Positions 55,256 to 64,000 of a stretch of 64,000 bases of DNA are shown piece by piece. A program made the translations under genes and the position numbers. The stretch comes from an uncultured Alphaproteobacteria bacterium (lineage in GTDB: Bacteria; Pseudomonadota; Alphaproteobacteria; Rhizobiales; Beijerinckiaceae): contig CAWIHF010000029.1 in assembly GCA_963835885.1 (NCBI GenBank), positions 6,901-70,900 of the forward strand, written 5' to 3'. The notes under the pieces are model-generated. The model did not search any database, was not told where the DNA came from, and worked only from the letters and a program-made list of their open reading frames with translations. Each line of letters begins with the position of its first letter. The stretch's first letter is position 1.

Positions 55256-55741
55256 TCAATCCGGCGCGTTGGAAAACGCCAGAAACCGGCTGATCGCCCA
55301 TCTTCCGTCCGGCTGGCGACGGAAGACGTCGAGGCCCGGCTCCTTGCTGATCGCCGGCGTTGGGCCGCGGCGGATGGAGACATTCCACACCAAGCGGACG
55401 ACGGCGAGATCGCCGCTCACGATGATCTCCTCGATGTCCGGCCGGTAGCGCATCTCCACCGCGCGGTCGGCGAGCGCCGCCGCGATCCGCTTGCAGACGG
55501 CGTCGCGATCGTTGTCGGCGCGTCCGCGCATGGTCGAGATGAGGTCGGGCGCGAAGATCGCGCAGGCGCCCGTTGCGTCGCGGGCGTTGAACGCCGCGGC
55601 GAACGCCTCGAGGCGCGCCGCGATGGCGGCCTTGTCGGCCTCGACGTCGGCCTTTGCCGGCGCGTTGGAGACAACAGCCGCCGCCAGAGCGAGCGCGAGC
55701 GCTCGTCCGAGCCACGGGAGAGCCTGCCAAAATGCGCGCAC
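55256..55741 (-). CDS. Secreted NTF2-like (DUF4440/SnoaL) protein
   Basis: Signal peptide; AAFNARD, IIVSGDLAVVR and DVFRRQPDGRWAI. Confidence 0.85.
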   Translation of the reverse strand: MRAFWQALPWLGRALALALAAAVVSNAPAKADVEADKAAIAARLEAFAAAFNARDATGACAIFAPDLISTMRGRADNDRDAVCKRIAAALADRAVEMRYRPDIEEIIVSGDLAVVRLVWNVSIRRGPTPAISKEPGLDVFRRQPDGRWAISRFLAFSNAPD

Positions 55742-55870
55742 CCCGTCCTCCTCGCCGAGCGATAAAGCCCTCGGGCGACCCGAGGGAGCCCGAGCCCTGG
55801 TTCTGGACCCCTCGTCCGCCGGGCCGCCTCGGGAATGCGGTGATTAACAGATCCCGTGGCCGGCGCCCAA

Positions 55871-55895
55871 GGAACCATGGCCAGCCATGGCGGTT
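55871..55895 (+). promoter_or_regulatory. Candidate EcfG (general stress) sigma promoter
   Basis: GGAAC-N16-GGTT, 33 bp upstream of the DUF892 start. Confidence 0.55.
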
Positions 55896-55927
55896 GTGGA
55901 TGGCTGCAAACGCCAAAGGAGTGCGCC

Positions 55928-56428
55928 ATGCCTACCCGCAAATCCGCCAATCCCCTCGAGGATCTTTTCACCGAAACGCTGAAGGATATCTATTTCGCCG
56001 AGAAGCAGATCCTTCGGGCCCTGCCGAAGATGGCCAAGGAGGCGACCTCTCCCGAGCTCAAGCATGCGTTCGAGAAGCATCGCGACGAGACGGAGGAACA
56101 GGTCGAGCGCCTGAACCAGATCTTTGAGGGCATGGGACGCCCCGCGCGCGGCAAGACCTGCGAGGCCATCATCGGCATCATCGACGAGGCCAAGGAGTTC
56201 ATGGACGAGTTCAAGGGCGAAGAGGTGCTCGACGCCGGGCTCGCCGCCTCCGCCCAGACTGTCGAGCACTACGAGATCGCCCGCTATGGCTCGCTGAAGG
56301 CGTGGGCGCGTCAGCTCGGGATGGACGACGCCGCAAAACTCCTCGACGAGACGCTGCAGGAGGAGATCAAGACCGACAAGCTGCTGACCGAGCTGGCGAT
56401 GAAAAACGTCAACCGGAAAGCTGCCTGA
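55928..56428 (+). CDS. DUF892 (YciE/YciF) ferritin-like protein
   Basis: Motifs LKDIYFAEKQI, HRDET, VEHYEIARYG and TLQEEIKTD. Confidence 0.95.
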   Translation: MPTRKSANPLEDLFTETLKDIYFAEKQILRALPKMAKEATSPELKHAFEKHRDETEEQVERLNQIFEGMGRPARGKTCEAIIGIIDEAKEFMDEFKGEEVLDAGLAASAQTVEHYEIARYGSLKAWARQLGMDDAAKLLDETLQEEIKTDKLLTELAMKNVNRKAA

Positions 56429-56491
56429 CGCAAGCGGATCTGGGCCGCGGGAGTGGTCTCGCGGCCCGGGCGCTTAAAACGGCCCTGGCCA

Positions 56492-57519
56492 ATGGCGCAG
56501 TCTCCGACGCGCGGCGAGACTTTCGGGCTGCCGCTCGACACGGCGCCGATGGAGGCGCGTTCGGCCGAAGCTCTGCCGGATGACGAGGGTTCTTGGCAGT
56601 TTGAGCCGAAATGGGACGGATTCCGCTGCCTCGCGTTCAAGGAGGGCGAGGCGGTCGAGCTTCTCGGCAAATCGGGCAAGCCGCTCGGCCGCTTTTTCCC
56701 GGAGGTGCTGGCCCTGCTCGGCAGCCTGCCGTTCGAGCGCTTCGTCGTCGACGGCGAGTTGGTCATCGAGATCGACGGCGGGTTGTCGTTCGACGCGCTA
56801 CAAATGCGCCTGCATCCAGCCGAGAGCCGGATCAAAAGCTCGCCGCGGAGACGCCGGCCCGGCTGGTCCTGTTCGACCTCCTGCTCGCTCCCGACGGGAC
56901 GCTCCTGACCGGGCGTCCGCTTTCCGAGCGACGGCGCGCGCTCGAGTCGTTCGGCAAGACCGTGAGGGACGACCGGCTGATCGTGACGCCGTGCACGGTC
57001 GACGTCGCCAAGGCGCAAGAATGGCTGGCCGGCTATGCCGGGACCGACGGCGTCGTGGCGAAGCGGCTCGACCGCCGTTACGAGAGCGGCGAGCGCGCCA
57101 TGATCAAGGTCAAGCGGCTCAGAACCGCCGACTGCGTCGTCGGCGGCTTTCGCTACGAGAGCCACAGCCGCCGGGTCGGCTCGCTGCTCCTCGGTCTCTA
57201 CGACGCCGAAGGCCTTCTCGATCATGTCGGCTTCACTTCGACCATCGCCGACCGGGAGCGTTTGGCGCTGACGCGCCGGCTGGAGGCGTTGCGCCAGCCG
57301 CCCGGCTTTACCGGCAAGGCGCCCGGCGGCCCGAGCCGCTGGAGCACGGAACGCAGCGGCGAATGGGAGCCGGTGCGGCCGGAGCTGGTGGTCGAGGTGC
57401 GCTTCGATCACGTGACCGGCGACCGCTTCCGCCATGGAACGAAACTTTTGCGCTGGCGGCCGGACAAGGCGCCGCGGCAATGTACGATGGACCAGATCGC
57501 GCCGCCTGCCGACGTCTGA
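56492..57519 (+). CDS. ATP-dependent DNA ligase (LigC-like); frameshift at about 56836
   Basis: EPKWDGFR, DGE and RLHPAESRI, then FDLL, DGVVAKR, RTADCVVGG, GSLLLGLY and FRHGT...WRPDK. Confidence 0.92.
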
Positions 57520-57673
57520 TCAGCGGTCGATCAAGTCGGCGAGACGGCGGAAATCCATTTCGCCACCACCGGCCAAAATGTCCTTCAGGCGGCGCGTTCC
57601 CATGAAGGGCCCCATATGTTGGACATGATCCACAGAAACCCGACGGCCAGGCCCCTGGGGCGTTCGCCTGCGT

Positions 57674-58063
57674 TCAATGCGGCGCGTGGATGCCCATCAT
57701 TTCCGGAAGCATCATGTTCGCGTTGAGGTGATACATGATCCAAACCGAGCCGGCGATAACGAGGCCGACGATCAGCGCTCCGAAGGCGAGCGCCAGGACG
57801 TTGTTGGTGTTGTCGGGACCCGTGGTGATGTGCAGGAAGAAGACGAGGTGGACGCCCATCTGGGCGATCGCAAGAGCCGCGAGCCCCATCAGCACGCCCG
57901 GCCCGTAAAGGAGAGCGGTGCCGCTCGCTACCCAGAAAGAGGCGACGGTCAGCACGGTCGCGAGGAACAGGCCGATCACATAGTTGCGCACGGCCTCCGA
58001 TACGGAACGCTCGCCGAAATCGCCTTCGCCGGGCGCGGCGTCGCGGGCGTGATGGTCGCTCAT
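57674..58063 (-). CDS. cyoD: Cytochrome bo3 ubiquinol oxidase subunit IV
   Basis: Motifs YVIGLFLATVLT, QMGVHLVFFLH and GSVWIMYHLN. Confidence 0.93.
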   Translation of the reverse strand: MSDHHARDAAPGEGDFGERSVSEAVRNYVIGLFLATVLTVASFWVASGTALLYGPGVLMGLAALAIAQMGVHLVFFLHITTGPDNTNNVLALAFGALIVGLVIAGSVWIMYHLNANMMLPEMMGIHAPH

Positions 58064-58697
58064 GTAAGCGTCCCCAAAAGGTAGACGTTGGTGAAGATGC
58101 CGATCCAGATGATGTCGAGCGCGTGCCAGAACAGGGCGAAACACATGGCCCGGCGCATGATGACCGGCCGGAACCCCTTGGTGAAGATTTGCGCCATCAT
58201 CGTGCCGAGCCACAGCAGGCCGATGGTGACGTGGAGCCCGTGGCAAGCCGACGAGGGCGAAGAAGGCCGACAGGAACGCGCTGCGGCCTGGGCCGTTGCC
58301 TTCCGCGATCATCCTGGCGAACTCGTTGACCTCGAGGCCGAGAAAGCCGAGCCCGAGCAGTCCCGTCACAAGCAGGCCGACCTGGGTCCACAGCATGTTG
58401 CGCACCCCGGCGGCGATCATCGCGAGGCCGGCAGGCGAAGCTCGACAGCAGCAGGAACGCCGTCTCGGCCGCGACCGTCTTGAGGTTGAAGAGTTCGAGC
58501 GGCCCGGGTCCGCCGGCGGTCGCATGCGACAGCACCGCGAAAGCCGAATAGAAGCCCGAGAACATCACGAAGTCGGACAGGAGGAAGACCCAGAATCCGT
58601 AGGCGGTGACGATCCGCTTCGGCGCCGGTCCGCCGTAACGGCCGGGCGTCTGGGACGGGCCGTGAGTGACCGGCTCTTCTCGTTCGATGATCCTCAC
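58060..58697 (-). CDS. cyoC: Cytochrome bo3 subunit III (frameshifts at about 58430 and 58240; apparently in frame with cyoB)
   Basis: Motifs GFWVFLLSD, ETAFLLLSSF, SAFLSAFFALVG, HGLHV and FWHALDIIW. Confidence 0.88.
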
Positions 58698-60707
58698 CAG
58701 CCGAATGCCGGGCTCTCGCCCCGCCACGAGATCCTCGCGGGCCTCGCGCCTACGCGCGTCGATCCGGGCGACTTCCTCGGCCGGCACCTCGTATTCGTCG
58801 TGGTCGCGCCAGGCGAAGACGACGAAGGTGGCGAACGCGCCGGCGATGCCGACCGCCGCCATCCACCAGATGTGCCAGATCAGCGCGAAGCCGGTGACGA
58901 CGGCGAAGAAGGCGACGACGAAGCCGGTCGGGCTGTTGACCGGCATCTCGATCGCGTTCGTAGCGCGGCAGCGGCGAGAGCTGGGCCATCGCGATCGCCC
59001 GCTGCTTGATGCCCCAATAGGCCTCCTCGCCGGTGACGTTGGGCAGGGCGGCGAAATTGAAGGTCGGCGGCGGTGAGGCCGTCATCCATTCGAGCGTCCG
59101 GCCGTCCCATGGGTCGCCGGTCCGGTCGCGCAAAGTCGCGTGGTCGCGGATGCTGACGGCGAACTGCGCGATCTGGCAGACTATGCCGCAAAGCATCAGC
59201 ACCGAGCCGACCGCCGAAATCAGGAGCCACGGCCGCCACTCGGCGACGTCGTAGTGCTGCATGCGCCGCGTCATGCCTTCGAGGCCGAGCGACATAGAGC
59301 GGCATGAAGGTCACGTAGAAGCCGACGAGCCAGAACCAGAACGCCGCCGTCCCGAACCGCTTCTCCAGCCGGAACCCAAACGCCTTGGGGAACCAGTAGG
59401 TGTAGCCGGCGAAGGCGCCGAACAGCACGCCGCCGATGATGACGTTGTGGAAGTGGGCGATCAGGAACAGCGAGTTGTGCAGCACGAAATCGGCGGGCGG
59501 AACCGCAAGCAGCACGCCGGTCATGCCGCCGATCACGAAGGTGAACATGAAGGCGATCGCCCACAGCATCGGCGGCTCGAAGCGCACCCTGCCGCCCCAC
59601 ATGGTGAACAGCCAGTTGAACACCTTCACGCCCGTCGGCACGGCGATGATCATCGACATGATGCCGAACACGCCGTTGACGTCGGCTCCCGCTCCCATGG
59701 TGAAGAAGTGATGCAGCCAGACGATGAAGGACAGGATGCAGATCGCCATGGTGGCGACGATCATCGACCGGTAGCCGAACAGCGGCTTGCCGGAGAAGGT
59801 GGACACCACCTCGGAGAACACGCCGAACGCCGGCAGGATGAGAATGTAGACCTCGGGATGTCCCCATGCCCAGAACAGGTTCACGTACATCATGGCGTTG
59901 CCGCCCATGTCGGTCGTGAAGAAATGGAACCCGAGATAGCGGTCGAGCAGCAGCATCGCGAAGGTCGCGGTGAGCACCGGGAAGGCCGCGACGATCAGGA
60001 GGTTGGCGGCAAGCGACGTCCAGCAAAAGATCGGCATGCGCGTGTAGGTCATGCCGGGCGCGCGGAGCTTCAAAATGGTCGTGACGAAATTCACGCCGGT
60101 GAGCAAGCGTGCCGATGCCCGAGATCTGTAGCGACCAGAGATAGTAATCGACGCCAACTCCGGGCGAAAAGGCGAGCTCCGAAAGCGGCGGATAGCCCAT
60201 CCAGCCGGCCTGCGAGAACTCGCCAATCAGCAGCGAGGCGTTGACCAGAAGCACGCCGGACGCGGTCAGCCAGAAGCTCACCGAGTTCAAGGTCGGGAAG
60301 GCGACGTCGCGCACGCCGAGCTGCAGCGGCACGACGAAATTCATGAGGCCGATCACAAACGGCATCGCCACGAAGAAGATCATGATCGTGCCGTGGGCGG
60401 AAAAAATCTGATCGTAATGCTCGGGGACCAGGTAGCCGCCGGAGTGGAACGCGACCGCCTGCTGCATGCGCATCATGATCGCGTCGGCGAAGCCGCGGAC
60501 GAGCATCACCAGCGCGAGGAAGCAGTACATGACGCCGATGTGCTTGTGGTCGACCGAGGTGATCCACTCGCTCCACAGATAGGGCCACCAGCCCTTGATC
60601 GTGATCAAAGCGAGCACCGAGAGGATGACGACGATCACCACGATCGATGTGACGAGCGGGATCGGCTGATTGAACGGGATCGCGTCCCAGGAAAGCTTGC
60701 CGAGCAT
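58694..60707 (-). CDS. cyoB: Cytochrome bo3 ubiquinol oxidase subunit I (frameshifts at about 60110, 59290 and 58955)
   Basis: DHKHIG, quinol-site RGFAD and HYDQ, WGHPEVY, WLHHFF and AHFHNV. Confidence 0.93.
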
Positions 60708-61655
60708 CAGGTTCCCCCGCAGATGGCGGGCGTCTGGCCGCGCGCCTCGCGGGCGGGCTTGATCAGCGCCGACGGCTGCGGCGCGGATCCGTTCACGATC
60801 AATTCGAACAGGCGCGGCTCCACCGAGCGATAGGCGGTGGGGCTCACGTTCTGGCTTGGTTTGACGAGCTCGGCGTAGCGGTTGCGGTCGAGGTCCGCGC
60901 CCGACGCCTTTGCGTCGGCGATCCACTTGGCGTAGCCGTCTCCCGGCAGCGCCTTCAGGTCGAAGCGCATGTCGGCGAATCCCTGGCCGCTGAAGTTCGC
61001 CGAGAACCCACTGAAGGTCCCGGGCTGGTCGGCCTGCAGCCAGAGCTGCGACGCCATTCCCGCCATGGCGTAGATCTGACTGCCGAGACGGGGCACGAAG
61101 AAGCTGTTCATCACCCCGCTCGAGGTGAGGGTGAAGTGGATGGGAACACCGACCGGAACCGCAGGCCCGTTGACGCTCGCCACGCCTTCCTCGGGGTAAA
61201 TGAAGAGCCACTTCCAATCGAGCGCGACCACCTGGATCTCGACGGGTTTCGCCTGGCTGGGAAGGGGCCGGTAGGGGTCGAGGTCGTGCGATCCAAACCA
61301 AGCGACGCCGCCGAGCACGACGATGACCAGCGTCGGGATGGACCAGACGATTATCTCGAGATGGCCGGAGAACTCCCATTCCGGCCAATAGAAGGCGCGC
61401 GGGTTGGAGGCCCGGAACCAGAAGGCGAAGCCGGCGATCAGGACTAATACGGGCAGGACGATCGCCAGCATGATCGCGAGCGAAGTCTATCAGGATGAGC
61501 AGTTGAGCTGCGCCGACCGGCCCGGCCGGATCGAGAACCCCGCTGCAGCCCGCAAGCGGCGCCGCGGCAATCGCCGCGGCAAGGCGGATCGACCGGAGGA
61601 CTGGCTGCTTCGCGGCCGCCAGAAGGCGGCCATCAAGGACGCTTCGCCGCATCAT
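60707..61655 (-). CDS. cyoA: Ubiquinol oxidase subunit II (frameshift at about 61485)
   Basis: Lipobox [30 protein letters not shown] and [17 protein letters not shown]; no CuA cysteines. Confidence 0.92.
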
Positions 61656-61699
61656 CCCGTCCCCCGCGAATCCGCCGCCGACCGGGTTGCCGAGCCGCC

Positions 61700-62392
61700 C
61701 TAACCCGCGCCGGTAATCTGCAGGATCGCGCCAATGATCGAGGCCGTCAACCTCGCCACGAACTGCCAGACGAAATTGAGATCGAGGCCCGAGTACTGGC
61801 CCAGCACGGGCAACACCAGCAATGCGCCAATGAGAATGAGCATGCCGTAGGGCTCGAGCGAGGCGAGCGACTGCGAGGGGCCCCTGGGCAACAGCCCGAC
61901 CAGGATGCGACCGCCGTCGAGCGGGGGAATCGGCAGCAGGTTGAAGACGGCGAGCAGCACATTGATGAGAAGCGAATTGTTGAGATTGTCCGCCGCCCAG
62001 CGCGCCGCGTCGGGCGGCAGGAACGGAACCAAACGGAACAACAGGGCGCTCAGGATGGCGAGGGCAAAATTCATCGCCGGGCCCGCGGCGGCGACGAATA
62101 TCGAATCCCGCTTCGGATTGCGGAGCGCGCGGAAATTGACCGGTACGGGCTTGGCGTAGCCGAACAGGAACGGCGCGCGCATGAGCAACAACAGCGCCGG
62201 CAGCAGGACCGTGCCGAACGGATCGATGTGCTTCAGCGGATTGAAGGTGACGCGGCCGCTCAGCCATGCCGTATTGTCGCCGAACAGCCGCGCGACATAG
62301 CCGTGCGAAGCCTCGTGAAAAGTGATCGCGACCACCAGCGGGAGGATCCAGGTCGAAAGCTGATAAAGCGAAAGGCCGAAACGGGAAAGCAT
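61700..62392 (-). CDS. Site-2 protease (M50) family
   Basis: Motifs HEASH, AAAGP and [10 protein letters not shown]. Confidence 0.95.
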   Translation of the reverse strand: MLSRFGLSLYQLSTWILPLVVAITFHEASHGYVARLFGDNTAWLSGRVTFNPLKHIDPFGTVLLPALLLLMRAPFLFGYAKPVPVNFRALRNPKRDSIFVAAAGPAMNFALAILSALLFRLVPFLPPDAARWAADNLNNSLLINVLLAVFNLLPIPPLDGGRILVGLLPRGPSQSLASLEPYGMLILIGALLVLPVLGQYSGLDLNFVWQFVARLTASIIGAILQITGAG

Positions 62393-62394
62393 CG

Positions 62395-64000
62395 TTACGC
62401 CGGACCGGGTGGCGTCGCGGGGACCGGAGGCGCGGCCTGCAATTCCTCACGAAGCTGCTTCAGCGCGGTTTCATCGAGCGTCTCGCGTTCGAGGAGAAGT
62501 TTTGCGCCGTGCTCGAGCGTGTCCTCGTGCGCCTTGAGGATCCCGACGGTTCGGTCGAAGGCGCCATCGACGAGATCCTGGACCGCCGTGTCGATGGCCC
62601 GCGCCGTTTCGTCACTGTAGCGCCTCTGATGAAAATCCGAGGGAGCCGACGGGCCGGTCAGGAACGGCGAGGGCGCGCTCTCGTAAGAGACGGGCCCCAG
62701 GGCCGGCTCCATGCCGAAGCGCGCCACCATGTCGCGCGCGATGTCGGTCACCTTGGCCAGATCGTCCGCCGCTCCGGTCGACAGCTGGTGGAAGACCACC
62801 CATTCGGAGGCGCGCCCGCCGAGCAGCACAGCCATCCTGTCGAGCAGTTCTTCGCGCGTAATGACGTAACGGTCCTCGGTCGGACGCTGAATCGTATAGC
62901 CGAGCGCGCCGACGCCGCGCGGGATGATCGAAATCTTGTGCACCGGATCGACGTTCGGCAGCGACATCGCCACCAGTGCGTGGCCCATTTCGTGATAGGC
63001 GACAACCCGCCGCTCCTTCGGGCTGAGCACCCGCTTCTTCTTCTCCAGGCCGGCGATCATGCGCTCGACGGCCTCGGTGAAATCTTCCATCGCGATTTCC
63101 CTGGCGTCTCGCCGCGTCGCGACGAGCGCCGCCTCGTTGACGAGATTGGCGAGGTCGGCGCCGGTGAAGCCGGGCGTCAAAGCCGCGATCTCCTCCGCCG
63201 AGACGTCGGCGGCGAGCTTATGGCCCTTGAGGTAGAGGTCGACAATCTCGATGCGTCCGCGCTTGTCCGGCCGGTCGACCAGCACCTGGCGGTCAAAGCG
63301 GCCGGCGCGCAGCAACGCAGGGTCGAGGATTTCGGGCCGGTTGGTCGCCGCGAGCAGCACCAGGCCGCTGCGCGAATCGAAGCCGTCCATCTCGACGAGC
63401 AGCTGGTTCAGCGTCTGTTCCTTTTCGTCGTGCCCCATGTAGGGATAGGCGCCGCGGGCGCGGCCCAACGCGTCGAGTTCGTCGATGAAGATGATCGCCG
63501 GCGCCTTCTCGCGCGCCTGCACGAAGAGATCTCGCACCCGCGCCGCGCCGACGCCGACGAACATCTCGACGAATTCGGACCCGTTGATCGAGAAGAACGG
63601 CACGCCGGCTTCGCCGGCGACCGCCCGGGCGAGCAGGGTCTTGCCCGTGCCGGGCGGCCCGATCAGCAGGACGCCCTTGGGCATTCTGGCGCCGAGTCGA
63701 CCGTATTCAGCGGGATGCTTGAGAAAGTCGACAATCTCCTTGAGTTCGGCCTTCGCTTCATCCTCGCCCGCCACGTCGTTGAATGTCGTCTTGGTGTCGG
63801 TCTCGACATAGACTTTCGCCTTGCTGCGGCCGATCGACATCAGGCTGCCCATTCCGCCCTGGCCTTGCGCGAAGCGCCGAAAAACGAAGTAATAGATGCC
63901 GACGAAAAACAGCATCGGAAGAATCCACGACAGCAGATCGGCGAGAAACGTGTTCGGGATCTCGCCGCTGAACTTCACGTGGTAGCGCTCGAGTTCGGCC
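62395..64000 (-). CDS. ftsH: ATP-dependent zinc metalloprotease FtsH (5' end outside the window)
   Basis: Motifs [40 protein letters not shown] and HEMGH. Confidence 0.97.
   Translation of the reverse strand, partial: AELERYHVKFSGEIPNTFLADLLSWILPMLFFVGIYYFVFRRFAQGQGGMGSLMSIGRSKAKVYVETDTKTTFNDVAGEDEAKAELKEIVDFLKHPAEYGRLGARMPKGVLLIGPPGTGKTLLARAVAGEAGVPFFSINGSEFVEMFVGVGAARVRDLFVQAREKAPAIIFIDELDALGRARGAYPYMGHDEKEQTLNQLLVEMDGFDSRSGLVLLAATNRPEILDPALLRAGRFDRQVLVDRPDKRGRIEIVDLYLKGHKLAADVSAEEIAALTPGFTGADLANLVNEAALVATRRDAREIAMEDFTEAVERMIAGLEKKKRVLSPKERRVVAYHEMGHALVAMSLPNVDPVHKISIIPRGVGALGYTIQRPTEDRYVITREELLDRMAVLLGGRASEWVVFHQLSTGAADDLAKVTDIARDMVARFGMEPALGPVSYESAPSPFLTGPSAPSDFHQRRYSDETARAIDTAVQDLVDGAFDRTVGILKAHEDTLEHGAKLLLERETLDETALKQLREELQAAPPVPATPPGPA

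Noticed and set aside
59271-62450. 1059-aa ORF
   Set aside because: A chance frame stitching pieces of cyoA and cyoB created by frameshifts; it overlaps the real site-2 protease gene.

Overview
High-GC alphaproteobacterial chromosome segment (Hyphomicrobiales-like; taxonomy inferred from gene content and repeat types). Core-like blocks: a LacI-regulated xylose/glucose ABC transporter, a YagTSR/PaoABC-like molybdo-flavo oxidoreductase, rarA-gloA-GT8-porin-aas, DUF892-DNA ligase, the cyoABCD bo3 quinol oxidase, a site-2 protease and a partial ftsH. An accessory zone starts at a degenerate 3' tRNA-Arg(CCG) att remnant (7135-7183). It carries two vapBC pairs, IS66/IS630/ISAs1/IS1634 elements, decayed REP-associated tyrosine transposase (RAYT) copies and a lower-GC three-gene ricin-B lectin operon around an uncharacterised 617-aa protein. 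Best candidates for undescribed biology: (1) the lectin operon; (2) a DUF559 endonuclease gene enclosed by an inverted pair of REP-like repeats, with related empty repeat doublets nearby; (3) a tandem-SLATT membrane protein plus class-3 lipase that this cassette separates; (4) an apparent CyoB-CyoC fusion. Many conserved genes carry 1-bp frameshifts, most likely sequencing or assembly errors, so pseudogene and fusion calls need read-level checks. All family assignments come from motif recognition by eye, with no database searches.
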